This document shows, one piece after another, positions 49,158 to 60,400 of a stretch of DNA of 64,000 bases; positions within the stretch are counted from its first letter, which is position 1, and the number at the start of each line of letters is the position of its first letter. The notes below the pieces were generated by a model. It was not told where the DNA came from, ran no database searches, and worked only from the letters and a program-made list of their open reading frames with translations. The position numbers and the translations under genes are program-made. Source of the stretch: Fidelibacterota bacterium. GTDB taxonomy: Bacteria; Fidelibacterota; Marinisomatia; Marinisomatales; UBA1611. Location: assembly GCA_028338895.1 (NCBI GenBank), contig JAOLAV010000003.1:2598-66597 (forward strand), in the 5' to 3' direction.

Positions 49158-50210
49158 TTAAGAGATTTCTGAACTCGTTTTCTTCATATAAAATTTAGCT
49201 AATTGATCTTTATAGTATTTACTCTCAGAATCAAAATTGAGACATTTCTCAATTTCAATAATTGCACTATCATATTCTTTTAATTTATAAAATAATTCAG
49301 CTTTTGTATCAATAAACATAAACTTTTCTTTATCATTTTCAGCATTTTCAATAGCTAATGTAATTTTTTCTAATGCTATTTCTAAATGAATTTCTAATTG
49401 ACTCATCCTCCAGCAGAAGCTATTTAACATGGTTGGTGTATTTTGTGTTTCTAGGCTAATAAGTTGAAGAAAAATATCGGCTTCGAGTTTATTCTCATTA
49501 CCTTTTTTTCGAATAAAGTACATTGCCTCACTGAGTGCTACTTGAACATTATTACTGCCAGAATTTTCCTTAGCATATGCGATAAGAAGTTCATGGCTTT
49601 GATCTTCTCTGGCTTGATATAAAATGGAGAAAAAATTAGCAACACCTGAAGAATCAAACCCTGATGCTAAAATAGCGTTAATCATTCTTTTAGCAGATGC
49701 AATATCACCTCTTGATTCGTACTTTTTAGCTAGAGTAAATAATGTACTGAAATTTTCTGGATCTGATTGAAAATCTAATAATAGGCTTGGAATGGTATTC
49801 TTACCCGATTTAATTCTTTTTAATTCTTTTAAAAAAAAGTTTGGAGCTAAATAGCCTATAATCCTATCAATTTCTTCACCTCTACTATTTACTATAATTG
49901 TAGTCGGAAATCCTTTAATCTTATACTTTTTTGCAATTTCAGGACCAGTTCCTTTTTCTGCATCAACTTTGAGACTTAAAAGATTATTATTTGCAAATAA
50001 TTTCACTTCATTGTTTGAATAAGTATCAGCATCCAGCCTATCGCACCAAGTTCACCATTCGGTTTCAAAATCAATTAAAATAAGTTTATCTTTAGAGTCT
50101 TTTAAAATCTGATCTAATGTTTGATTTTTAATCCAAGGATATGGATTACTAACACTGCTGCAGCCTAAAAAAAGAAGTAAGGCATAACATATAATTAATA
50201 AGTTTTTCAT
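49158..50210 (-). CDS. Thioredoxin-fold plus TPR-like lipoprotein with in-frame TGA (candidate U-x-x-C selenoprotein) at 50052-50054
   Basis: ATG at 50210 overlaps the thioesterase stop as ATGA. MKNLLIICYALLLFLGCSS lipobox, then ...KLILIDFETEW-TGA-TWCDRLDADTY...GFPTTIIVNSRGEEI in a single frame. The track ORF starts only at a GTG after the TGA. Confidence 0.65.
50023..50042 (-). promoter_or_regulatory. SECIS-like hairpin downstream of the TGA at 50052-50054
   Basis: RNA GAUAGGC-UGGAU-GCUGAUAC: stem with one A-G mismatch. Apical loop at +20 to +24 from the U of UGA. Confidence 0.3.
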
Positions 50211-50617
50211 TCGGTTAAATTATTCTTTAATATTTTTAATATTGAATTTGGAGCTCTTGTACTTTTACCATTTTCTTTCATAAATGCATGAATAGTATAA
50301 CCTGAAACAGATACTTTCTTAGAATTCTTTTTTTTCAGACTGTAATCAATTTTTAATCTTGCTTTTGGTATTTTAGATATTTCAGATTGTATTATTATTT
50401 TATCTTCAAATTTGGTACTTATTTTATAATCACAATAACAGGTTATTACAGGTAAATAAATTCCTAAATCTTCAATATTCGAGACTTTAAGCCCAATGGA
50501 ACTGAATAACTCTGTGCGAGCTTGCTCGAAGAACTCTAAATAACGGGAATAATAAGTGATACCCATTTTATCGACATCTTTGTAATAAATTTTAGTTTCA
50601 AAAAAATGCCTGATCAT
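50207..50617 (-). CDS. YbgC/4HBT-type acyl-CoA thioesterase
   Basis: IYYKDVDKMGITYYSRYLEFFEQARTELF hot-dog fold motif. 136 aa. Confidence 0.75.
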   Translation of the reverse strand: MIRHFFETKIYYKDVDKMGITYYSRYLEFFEQARTELFSSIGLKVSNIEDLGIYLPVITCYCDYKISTKFEDKIIIQSEISKIPKARLKIDYSLKKKNSKKVSVSGYTIHAFMKENGKSTRAPNSILKILKNNLTE

Positions 50618-51567
50618 TCTATTTCTTCAAAGAAGCCTAGTTTATCATATTTTTTAATTCTATTATCTAAAAATTCATTTTTATTAATATTTAAAAGAGT
50701 CTTTAATTCTTCATTCAAAACACCTCTCAAGGATTCAGCCGATGCTTCAAAATCTCGATGTGCTCCACCATTTGGTTCTTCAATGATACGATCACAAATT
50801 CCAATTTCTAAAAGGTCTTGTGGAGTTGGTTTTAAAGCTTCTGCTGCATCCTCTGCTCTTTTTGCATCTCGAAATAATATTGAAGCGCATCCTTCAGGAC
50901 TGATAACAGAAAACCACGTATTTTCCATCATGAGCATTCTATCACAAACTCCTATTCCTAATGCACCTCCGCTTGCACCTTCTCCAATAACAACAGATAT
51001 GATAGGAACTTCAATTCCAGACATTTCAATCAAATTTCTAGCAATTGCTTCTCCTTGCCCTCTCTCTTCTGCTCCTATGCCTGGATAGGCACCAATAGTA
51101 TCTAAAAGCGTAATTATCGGTAAATTAAATTTTTCAGCAAGTTTCATAACCCTTATTGCTTTTCTATAACCTTCGGGTCGCATCATACCAAAGTTTCTGT
51201 ATAAGTTTTCTTTTGTATTACGTCCTTTTTGTTGTCCAACCCATGCAACTTTAAATTCATTGAAATGACCAATACCTGAAATAACAGCAGGATCATCCAT
51301 GAAATGCCTATCTCCATGTAATTCAATAAAGTCTGGTGAAAGTTTTTTGATATAATCTAAAGAATAAGGACGATTAGGATGTCTAGCTAATTGAACACGT
51401 TCCCAACGTGAGAGTTTTGAATAAATTTTTTCTATTAACTTATTTCTTTGAACTTCTAAATTATTTATCAGTTTTGAATCAGTACTATTAGAACTTTTAA
51501 GTTCTAATAGTTGCTCGTCTAAGTTCTGGAATGGTTTTTCAAAATTAAGATAATATTTGGACATCAT
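50614..51567 (-). CDS. accA: Acetyl-CoA carboxylase carboxyltransferase alpha subunit
   Basis: RHPNRPY, FIELHGDR, PIITLLDTIGAYPGIGAEERGQGEAIARNL, VIGEGASGGALG. Confidence 0.9.
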   Translation of the reverse strand: MMSKYYLNFEKPFQNLDEQLLELKSSNSTDSKLINNLEVQRNKLIEKIYSKLSRWERVQLARHPNRPYSLDYIKKLSPDFIELHGDRHFMDDPAVISGIGHFNEFKVAWVGQQKGRNTKENLYRNFGMMRPEGYRKAIRVMKLAEKFNLPIITLLDTIGAYPGIGAEERGQGEAIARNLIEMSGIEVPIISVVIGEGASGGALGIGVCDRMLMMENTWFSVISPEGCASILFRDAKRAEDAAEALKPTPQDLLEIGICDRIIEEPNGGAHRDFEASAESLRGVLNEELKTLLNINKNEFLDNRIKKYDKLGFFEEIE

Positions 51568-51569
51568 AT

Positions 51570-52619
51570 TTATATAAAATTTTTATCAAGTTTAATAAAA
51601 GCTATAACTCCTAAAAAGACAGCAAAAATAAAAACAAGATTTGCATTAAAGACATTTAAATTTAGACATAAATAACCAATCATACTCATAACAAGTGAGA
51701 TTCCATGTAACATTAAAACAGCATGGCTGATTGAAATACCACTTTGAGCTAATCTATGATATGTATGATCAAGTGAAGCTTTGTAAATTTTTTTTCTTCT
51801 TCTAAACCTCGAAATAATGACCAAAATTAAATCAAAAAGTGGCATGTAAAATATTAGAATAGGTACAAACCACGTTGAGGATTGAAAGCCTCGAGAAGGA
51901 TTGTAAATAATCGCAATAGCAGCTAATACAAAACCTAAAGTTTGAGCTCCAGAATCGCCTAAAAACAATTTGGCAGGATTTGAATTAAAGAAATAAAGGC
52001 CTATAGAAGCACCAAGCATTACAGAACAAAAAAGGAATAATTGTTCTTGCCCTGTAATTAGTGAAATGATAAAAAAGAATAGAATTGAGACAGTACTGAG
52101 TCCAATAACCAATCCATCAATGCTGTCTATAAAATTAAATGCATTAGTTAAAGCTAAAAGCCATATAATTGTAAAAAATATATTTAGCCAAAGATCTAAA
52201 TTAGAACCTGAAGAATAAAAGAATTCTGGTGAATCAAATATATTTACCTGAACTCCGTTAATGATTAAAATTATAGCACCGGATAACTGTCCTAGTATTT
52301 TTTGAATTGGTGAAAGATTTAAAAAGTCATCTAAAATACCAACAACAAAAATTACCGAACCTGAGCATAAGATAGCCCAAATATTAGGATCTCTCCAAAG
52401 ACCAGTTAATATCATTAATATTAAAATTGTATCAAAAAGAACTAATCCTCCGGTAATAGGAATAGGATATAGATGGTTTTTATGATCTGCACTATTTGGG
52501 TAATCCATTAAATTGATTTTGGGAGCGATGAATAGACTCAACCAAGAAAGTAATATTGTAATGAAAAGACTCCCAATAACAATTAAGATTCCATTATCTA
52601 GACTTTGTAATTGTTCCAT
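51570..52619 (-). CDS. MraY/WecA-family polyprenyl-phosphate sugar-1-phosphate transferase (GT4)
   Basis: NAFNFIDSIDGL motif. About 10 TM segments. Confidence 0.8.
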   Translation of the reverse strand: MEQLQSLDNGILIVIGSLFITILLSWLSLFIAPKINLMDYPNSADHKNHLYPIPITGGLVLFDTILILMILTGLWRDPNIWAILCSGSVIFVVGILDDFLNLSPIQKILGQLSGAIILIINGVQVNIFDSPEFFYSSGSNLDLWLNIFFTIIWLLALTNAFNFIDSIDGLVIGLSTVSILFFFIISLITGQEQLFLFCSVMLGASIGLYFFNSNPAKLFLGDSGAQTLGFVLAAIAIIYNPSRGFQSSTWFVPILIFYMPLFDLILVIISRFRRRKKIYKASLDHTYHRLAQSGISISHAVLMLHGISLVMSMIGYLCLNLNVFNANLVFIFAVFLGVIAFIKLDKNFI

Positions 52620-53486
52620 CTAAGCTTTTGTTAAATATAAGATTTCACTGACAATTAATTTAAAGAGCATTATCAAACAATAAAAAAGATTGAATATTAA
52701 TGAATAATTTTTAGAAAAATGTTTAAAATAATATCGATAATAAGACCTGTGCCATTCAAATATAGCCTTCATTGGTACTGTTTGTGAACCTCCCGCCCCA
52801 CCTTTATGAGTAACGAGAACTGTTGGATTGTAATAGACTTTCCAACCACTTTTTTTTGCCCTCAAACAATAATCCGAGTCTTCTTGATATGCAAAATATC
52901 GCTCATCGAAAAGCCCTATATGCTGAACTACTTCTTTTTTTATCACCATACATGAGCCCGAGACACCTCCAACTTCATTAGTATCATTTTCATTAAGATG
53001 ATTTAAATGATAACCCGTAAACCTTACATCATTTGGAAATAACTTAGAAAGACCAAAAAAATAAGAAAAAACAGCTCTAGGTTTTGCAACACCTCTTCTG
53101 CATGATTTTTGAAAATCTCCATTTACATCAGTAACCTTTGGACCAACAATACCAACATCTTTATTTTTAATAAGAAAACGAATTAAAAGACTTAAAGAAT
53201 TTTTATGTAAAACCGAATCTGGATTAAGAATCACTATATAAGAACCTTGGCTTACAAGAATGGCTTGGTTAATAGCAGCTGTATAACCTTCATTTCTTTT
53301 ATTTTTAATTAGGTGAACTTTTCTGTATTTATCTTGTATACAATATTGAGATCCATCTGATGAATTATTATCAACAATTATAATCTCAAAACTATAATTA
53401 GATACAGATTGATTAATAGAATTGAGACAATCAATTAAATGTCTTTTTGCATTAAGGTTTACTATACATATGGAAATATCTATCAA
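52620..53486 (-). CDS. Family 2 glycosyltransferase
   Basis: ISICIVNLN..., IIVDNNSSDGS and NEGYTAAINQ GT-A motifs. Confidence 0.8.
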   Translation of the reverse strand: MIDISICIVNLNAKRHLIDCLNSINQSVSNYSFEIIIVDNNSSDGSQYCIQDKYRKVHLIKNKRNEGYTAAINQAILVSQGSYIVILNPDSVLHKNSLSLLIRFLIKNKDVGIVGPKVTDVNGDFQKSCRRGVAKPRAVFSYFFGLSKLFPNDVRFTGYHLNHLNENDTNEVGGVSGSCMVIKKEVVQHIGLFDERYFAYQEDSDYCLRAKKSGWKVYYNPTVLVTHKGGAGGSQTVPMKAIFEWHRSYYRYYFKHFSKNYSLIFNLFYCLIMLFKLIVSEILYLTKA

Positions 53487-53489
53487 TTG

Positions 53490-54203
53490 TTAATTCCAAT
53501 TAAAAAGTTTCCAGATACGTAATCGCCAAACTATCCAAATAGCTTCATACATTATTGACTTTGACATTTTAGATTCACCAATCGTTCTATCTGTAAATAT
53601 TATGGGACTTTCTTTTATCCTAGCTCCTAAAGACCAAGCTCTAAAATTCATTTCTATTTGAAAAGAGTACCCTTGTGATTTTACTGATTTTAATTTAATT
53701 TTTTTTAGAAGTTCTACACGCCAAGCTTTAAATCCTCCAGTTCCATCTTTAATTGGCATACCTGTAATTATCCTTGAATAAAGATTTGCACCATAGCTAA
53801 GCATTAGTCTTCTTATCGGCCAATTAACAACGCTTACTCCATGAACGTACCTACTTCCAATAATAAGATCATTATTTTTTAATCCAAGTATAAGTGAGCC
53901 TAATTCTTTTGGATCGTGAGATAGATCAGCATCCATTTGCACAACAGTTTGATAACTTTTTTCTATAGCCCACCTAAAACCATAAATATATGCAGTACCA
54001 AGACCAGATTTGTGGGAGCGTTCTTCTAAAAAAAGGTTCTCGTGTTTTTCTTGTAATTCTTTTACTTTTATAGCTGTTTTATCTGGTGAGTTATCATCAA
54101 TAACTAAAATATCACAATCGAGATTTAATTCGAATATTTGTTTTACTAGAGTCGAAATATTTTTAACCTCATTATAAGTAGGGGTTATCACTAAAGTTCT
54201 CAA
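53490..54203 (-). CDS. Polyprenol-phosphate mannosyltransferase-like GT2 (Dpm1-like)
   Basis: VITPTYNEVKNI, VIDDNSPDKT and MDADLSHDP motifs. Confidence 0.8.
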   Translation of the reverse strand: MRTLVITPTYNEVKNISTLVKQIFELNLDCDILVIDDNSPDKTAIKVKELQEKHENLFLEERSHKSGLGTAYIYGFRWAIEKSYQTVVQMDADLSHDPKELGSLILGLKNNDLIIGSRYVHGVSVVNWPIRRLMLSYGANLYSRIITGMPIKDGTGGFKAWRVELLKKIKLKSVKSQGYSFQIEMNFRAWSLGARIKESPIIFTDRTIGESKMSKSIMYEAIWIVWRLRIWKLFNWN

Positions 54204-55063
54204 ATTACCCCCCTATCTATTATGGCATCTAAACAATTATCAATAGATGGTGGTACTAGTTTGAGATCTTTTTTTATTTTATTTTGATTAAGCCCACCAT
54301 TCAAAGGTCTTAAAGCAAGTTGGTCAAGCTCATCAGTTGTTATTGGCTCAATCAATGATATATCTAAATTGAATTTTTTAGCTATTTTTAGAGCGAAGTC
54401 AAATCGACTTAGATAATCTTCATCAGCCCAATGATAAAGTCCTTTAGTATCTTCTATTATACATAGTTGAATTACATCTGCAATCGATTTTGTCCATGTT
54501 GGATTATTAAATTGATCATTAACAACTCTAATCCTCTTTTTATTTAATAGACTCTCAACTACCCAAGTTAAAAAACTTGCTTTATTATTTAAACTATGAT
54601 CGTAAAGAACATTTCCTCTGATAACTAAATTATTAGTATCATTTAAAATAATTTTTTCTGATATTAATTTTGTAGCTCCATAAATTGATATTGGGTTTGG
54701 AATATCATCTTCAGAATACGGACCATTATTACCATCAAAAACGTAATCGGTTGATAATTGAATTATTTTACCATTAAAACAGTTAACCAAGTTTTGAACA
54801 CTTTCCGCATTAATCTGTTTTGCTAATTCTGGATGAGATTCACAATCATCTACGTTTGTCATTGCTGCAAGATTAATAATAATATCTGGTTCTATTGTAT
54901 TAAGAACCTCCTTTAAATAAACAATATTTTGAATATTTAGTTCAATACCCACTTCCCCTTTTGGAATTGATCTTCCAGTTTTATAGATTTCGTATTTAGA
55001 TGATAAGGATTCTTCTAAAGAACTACCTAATTGTCCAAAAGCTCCTGTTATTAATATTTTCAA
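54200..55063 (-). CDS. rfbD: dTDP-4-dehydrorhamnose reductase
   Basis: MKILITGAFGQLG Rossmann motif, STDYVFDG, YGATK. 4-nt overlaps with both neighbours. Confidence 0.8.
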   Translation of the reverse strand: MKILITGAFGQLGSSLEESLSSKYEIYKTGRSIPKGEVGIELNIQNIVYLKEVLNTIEPDIIINLAAMTNVDDCESHPELAKQINAESVQNLVNCFNGKIIQLSTDYVFDGNNGPYSEDDIPNPISIYGATKLISEKIILNDTNNLVIRGNVLYDHSLNNKASFLTWVVESLLNKKRIRVVNDQFNNPTWTKSIADVIQLCIIEDTKGLYHWADEDYLSRFDFALKIAKKFNLDISLIEPITTDELDQLALRPLNGGLNQNKIKKDLKLVPPSIDNCLDAIIDRGVI

Positions 55064-56079
55064 AAGGGGTCAATTGTAAAAGATTTAATAATTAAGTCCA
55101 TTTGTCTCATATGAATTGATTTATCTTTACCTGGGTTATGTAGAAGATAATTAATATGGAATGTTTTATTTAAAATTTTATTAAAAAATAAATAAGAGCA
55201 AAAAGGACCTCCTTTTGATTCTTTTTTATTAATTGTCTCCCATATCCCAACCGCTCTCCAAGCTGTATACCCATTAAAAGGTGTTTCATTTAATTTAAAC
55301 TTATATTCATTGAATTGAATATTTTTGTAAAATATTTTGGGCCAGCTCCATAAATACTCACCAACTTCTAAGGTATTCATCTGACTTATTAAGTTACCCT
55401 CAGACCAACTTACACCAATCCATTGAAATGGCATCTCTTTACCAAGCCAAACAAAATTTGAATCAATATTTTTATTAATATTTATCCAACCCCAGGGTAT
55501 TTTCATTTTCCAACCAAAATAAGTACTCAAAGTGTCTTCTATACCTTTATTACGATCTTCTCCAAAAATATATTTTTTTTGTTTTTTAACAAATTCATCA
55601 TGAAACGTTTGCCTAAAGAAGTTTTTTTTAACTTTTATAGTTTCAATTAATTGATTATTTGAAGATGTATTTATTACCATAAATAATTGATTATTAGCAT
55701 AAACATCTTTAGCTAAAATGACTGGATCATTCTCGATCATAGCTTCGAACTGATTTTTTGGTAAAATTTTATTTATCAGCTTAATACCAGGGTTCCCTGC
55801 CCCCCTATTAACAGCAGCAACTACTATTTTAGCTTGTTTTTTTAGTTTATTATAAGACTCAGGTTCTGAAAATTTAAGATAATAATATGGTTCAGGTTCC
55901 GGTGAGAATATTGTATCAATAAATATTTGTTTTAAATAAGATTCTACAATGTCTCTATCAATCTCGGAGCAAATAACACGTATTTCATTATCAGCTCCCA
56001 AAGCATCTCTTTTAAACTCACAAGCAAATTGAGACATTAAAAATGAAAGAAATAGTATTTTTAGTTTTAGTTTAATCAT
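55060..56079 (-). CDS. Hypothetical secreted protein (possibly DUF4837-like)
   Basis: Signal peptide. No catalytic motifs recognised. The family call is from memory only. Confidence 0.45.
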   Translation of the reverse strand: MIKLKLKILFLSFLMSQFACEFKRDALGADNEIRVICSEIDRDIVESYLKQIFIDTIFSPEPEPYYYLKFSEPESYNKLKKQAKIVVAAVNRGAGNPGIKLINKILPKNQFEAMIENDPVILAKDVYANNQLFMVINTSSNNQLIETIKVKKNFFRQTFHDEFVKKQKKYIFGEDRNKGIEDTLSTYFGWKMKIPWGWININKNIDSNFVWLGKEMPFQWIGVSWSEGNLISQMNTLEVGEYLWSWPKIFYKNIQFNEYKFKLNETPFNGYTAWRAVGIWETINKKESKGGPFCSYLFFNKILNKTFHINYLLHNPGKDKSIHMRQMDLIIKSFTIDPF

Positions 56080-56100
56080 TAATATTTATTTAACAATATT

Positions 56101-57438
56101 TTAAAATCTTGTGATCCACTTAAAATGAATTTTACCTTGGCTCGGGGTTAAGTTAGAAAGAGCATATTCAATTTGTACTAGAGAATTATTATTAACTTGA
56201 TAAAGACCAAAGCCATATCCTATCAAATAATTATCAAATATGTTTAAATCTTTAGATGCAATATCAAAAAATAACTTTGTTTGAATAGAAGGTGCAACAC
56301 TATAACCAGTTTCAAATGTTAATATTTGAAACTGAGTATTAAAGAATTGGTTTTCATTAAAACCTCTTAGGGTTGATGTTCCACCAAATTTTTTATATCG
56401 ACTTAATGGTATTTTTTTTTTAAAGTCATAAATGCCTTCCGCTATTATTTGTATCTTTAAAAAAATATTTTTTTTAATCAAATAATAATATTGGACCTCA
56501 TGACCAAAATCGATGAAAGATGACGTATTCTGTGTGCCAAAATTAATATTGTTTTCAATAAAAGCACCTTGAGTTGGTAAAAGCCTATTATTTCTTGTGT
56601 CTTTTGTACTTATAATTGAGAATGCTTGAACTTCATTTTTTTTATATTGTTTTATTTCACCATTTAAAGTGGGAGTTGTAGACCCTTTTAAATATCCAAA
56701 TTGTAAGTTATGTAGGAAAGATGAAAATGTTCTAATTGCATAATTAGTTTCAGAATAAGTGTATAGACCATTAATAATTTCAAAATAATAATTCCAAACT
56801 ATTCCTGTATTCCAGCCAAAAGGGTGTGGAAAAAAAAGGTCAAAACTTATTTTTTGAGAAATAGAGTCTGTTTTTCTCCAAAAAAGATCAAAAGATTCAG
56901 CTTGCTTAAAATAGTTCTCTAAATGGATATTAGATTCACCTTCAACACTCAATTTATTTCTTTGTTTATTTAATCCTAAAAATCCTGAAAAATTATTTTC
57001 GAATTTTGGATTAATATTTATTATAAGAGCAATTTTATTAGTATCAATTAAACCAAATTGATGATCCGGTATATTATTTAAAAAATAGTATTCTGAAATA
57101 AGTTTTTTTCCTACAAAACTAAAATTATGACTCACAGATTTGTACTTATAATTAGAAATAATTTGTTGAAGAACTTTATTAGTTATTATGTCTTCTGTTT
57201 TAATTAAAACAGAATCAATGATACGATCCGATTTTTGAACTTTATAAATTGAAGAATCAGGATTATCTGAATAACCATGCAAAACATATTCAGTTTTCCA
57301 GTCGAGTTCATTATTTAGCATCTTTTTTAAAGAGTCATTAACTTGGTTAAATTGGATAGATTTAAATATTCTTTCATTATTCTGTCCAAATAAAATACTT
57401 ACAAAAATGAAAAATTTAAAAATATGCACGTAGTTCAC
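56101..57438 (-). CDS. Omp85-family-like outer-membrane beta-barrel without obvious POTRA array
   Basis: FGGTSTLRGF motif and C-terminal ...HFKWITRF aromatic terminus. Confidence 0.55.
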   Translation of the reverse strand: MNYVHIFKFFIFVSILFGQNNERIFKSIQFNQVNDSLKKMLNNELDWKTEYVLHGYSDNPDSSIYKVQKSDRIIDSVLIKTEDIITNKVLQQIISNYKYKSVSHNFSFVGKKLISEYYFLNNIPDHQFGLIDTNKIALIININPKFENNFSGFLGLNKQRNKLSVEGESNIHLENYFKQAESFDLFWRKTDSISQKISFDLFFPHPFGWNTGIVWNYYFEIINGLYTYSETNYAIRTFSSFLHNLQFGYLKGSTTPTLNGEIKQYKKNEVQAFSIISTKDTRNNRLLPTQGAFIENNINFGTQNTSSFIDFGHEVQYYYLIKKNIFLKIQIIAEGIYDFKKKIPLSRYKKFGGTSTLRGFNENQFFNTQFQILTFETGYSVAPSIQTKLFFDIASKDLNIFDNYLIGYGFGLYQVNNNSLVQIEYALSNLTPSQGKIHFKWITRF

Positions 57439-60400
57439 CTTTTAAGGTAAAAAAGTTACTATATCTACTATCATTTATTGTATTAATAGTAATTATTGAA
57501 GATATTGATTTAGTAATAAAGTATTGAATTCTTGATTGGAACAAAAAACTTTTACCTAATGCAAATCCGTTTACGGATTCAGGTGGAATAAAAGGTAGTC
57601 TGTTTTTTTCATAAACATTTACAATCTTGAGTTGAGAATTAATCATTCCTGTTTTTTTAAAAAGATATTTATTCGTTAATGATAGACCATACGCATAAAC
57701 CGTGAAATTATTTTCAGCTTGAGTTCCGTTATTATATCCTGAGAAAAAACCGAGATCAAAATCAAGACCATTCTTTTTATGAATTTGAATTTCAAAGGAT
57801 TCCCACCATCCATTAAGTATTCTATTTATTTGTTTTGGAATATTTGTTTGAATAGAATTAAATGTTGATTTGAAATCATTTTTTAAAGAAATATTTTGGT
57901 TTAACTTTTTATTATAAATAATTCCATATTCTCTTTTTTTATTTAATTGGTTACCCCTAGGATCAGATCCATTTAAATTAGTCAATACCTCCACCCAGCT
58001 TAAAAAAGAGTTTTTACCTGTATATGTTGCTTCAGCCCGCACTCGAAAATTTGAATGCAAAATATCTTTTTTGTAAAAATCAAAATCGAATATTTGATTA
58101 ATTTTCTCATAAGATCCTGAAAAAGATTGGCGTGAATTTATTCGAAACATTACTTTAGGATTATTCCTAATTTTACCAAAGTCGAATGTAAAGTCTTGCA
58201 TTCCTTGATAATTACTATTCTGTTGCTTTTTTCCAGTAAAAATACTGTAAGAAATAAATGCTCCATTTGGATCTGGTATATATGTGTTAAAAATAGAATC
58301 ATAGCGATATTGGCCAAGATTTACACCTATAGAATCATAAATAATGGCCACTTCTTCTTTTGTAGATTCTTCTTTTCTACCTAGAATTTTGAAATTAAAT
58401 ACTTTATTGACATTAAAAAAACTCATATTATAATCAGCTAAGGAGTAATTAAGATTTGGTTGGTTAACTCTTTTTTTAAATCGTTTTTTAAGAACTAAGT
58501 CGTGTTTCCAACCTTCTTTTGATTTTAAATAAAATTTGAGGCTACCTATTACATCTTCAGCAATCTTTTCAAATTTTCTATTTTGGTTAAAACTTTCATC
58601 TACTTTTCTTTCAATTCCAGTCTCGAGTATTGAATTCTTAAGTCGAAAATTTAAACCACTACCAATCTGATAGAATTTATTTGAAAAAGATTTTTTTTCA
58701 TTTAATAACGTTAAATAAGGTGAAATTATTTTATTATTAATTTGAAACTTTGAATTTAACCTATAAAAATTATATACTTGCTTGTCTGTTCTTATAATAT
58801 TTATAAATGAATCTTTAATTCGGTTTGTGTAAAAAAGTGTATTTATCTTTACTGTTGAAAAGGACAAAAGTGAATTTTTCAAGGAAGAAAATTCAACATC
58901 GGTTTTACCCATATCATTATTTAAGAGTGTTGCTTTGATTGATCTTTCTGTTACATCCTGTGTAATTAAAGAGTCTAAATCCCAAATTCTCGTTTGATTA
59001 ATATTATTTTCTCTTCCTAATGAAAAATAATTTTTACCTCTATTCCATTCTGAAAACTCTAATTTTATTTTATTTTGAAAAAGTATTATTGAATCAATTT
59101 CTATTTTAGTTAAATAAGATCCTCCATTTTTTATTAAACTATTACTAAGAAGATTTTGATTTTTTTTTGAGGCTCTTAATTCAGCATTAACCTTTATATA
59201 TTTATTAAAAATATATTTTCCATTTAAATATCCAAACTGATGATTCTTTGGAGCAAAAATATCTTTCCAAGGGCTGTAATAATCATTTAATTCTAGTTTT
59301 TCTTCATCTTTTACAAATTCGTAATAAATCCTACCATTATTAGAGATCTTCCTCCTATAGTTTCCTTTTGGGTCATAATTAAAAGATATTGAATATCTCG
59401 GTGAAAGTTGACTTTTATTTTCAGGGTCATAAAAATAGATTGTATCTTGTTGGAGATAATCACCAAATTCATTTTCAATGACTGTACTTAATTTGATCTT
59501 CCCATCTAAATCTGTTAGTAAACTTTTATTAAAATCATTGATTAAGTCATCTTCTTGAAATAATTCCGATTCTTTATAGATACCAAATGCTATTTCTCCG
59601 AATTTATTATTTTTTGTTTTTATACTTCCACCAGTAAAACTTTTTTCATAATTAAAGTCAGTATATTCATATTCAAATAATAATTTCACATCATTATGTA
59701 TCAGAAGGTTTGGAGTGAAAAAAACCTGCCCTAAAGAATAATCTATTGTATAATCAAAACTTTCACCTCTAATTAGTTTTTTACCGTTAGCCCAAACCTT
59801 CTCAGTTCCAGCTAAAACAACAATTTCTTTATTTCCAATATTATTTAATAATTGATATGGGCCTTGATCTCCATCTCTTCCATATATTTCTAAGAAATAA
59901 AATGTTCCTCTAGATCCAGCATAAACAGAAGAACCTGAGAAGTTTTCTATAGAAAATGTATTTTTCAACCCTGTTAATTTTTTCTTTAAATTTATAGAAT
60001 TATTAGGATCTTTGTATAAAATATCACCAGCACCAATTCTAAAGTTTTCATGTTGAACTATTATAGAGACTTTATCTAATTCTTCCAATTCTCTTGTTGT
60101 CCCCTCTGGTTGAAATGGTAGGTCTTGATCAGATAATATCCCACTTATTTTAATATTTTTATTTATTACACCATTAATTTGCATTTGTAGACCACCAGTA
60201 AAGTTAGAACTACCTAAAGGTGAAATATTTAAACTTCGGTAAATAGTTCCGGAAGAAAAAAAATCTTTGTTTTTTTCTAAATCTTTTTTTTCACTAAGAT
60301 TATTACTTAGTAATTGATCTGAAGAGTCATTTAATATTGGAAGAGATTTTAATCTTGGTCCAAATTGAAGAGGCAAACCTTTCTTAAGATATTTATATTT

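Noticed and set aside
50606-51088. 160-aa plus-strand ORF antisense to accA; likewise 6023-6352, 1091-1279, 10469-10699, 15023-15331, 15129-15329, 27012-27194, 41000-41200, 48551-48736, 58196-58384 and 63198-63470
   Set aside because: Each lies wholly inside a gene with strong family motifs on the other strand or in another frame.
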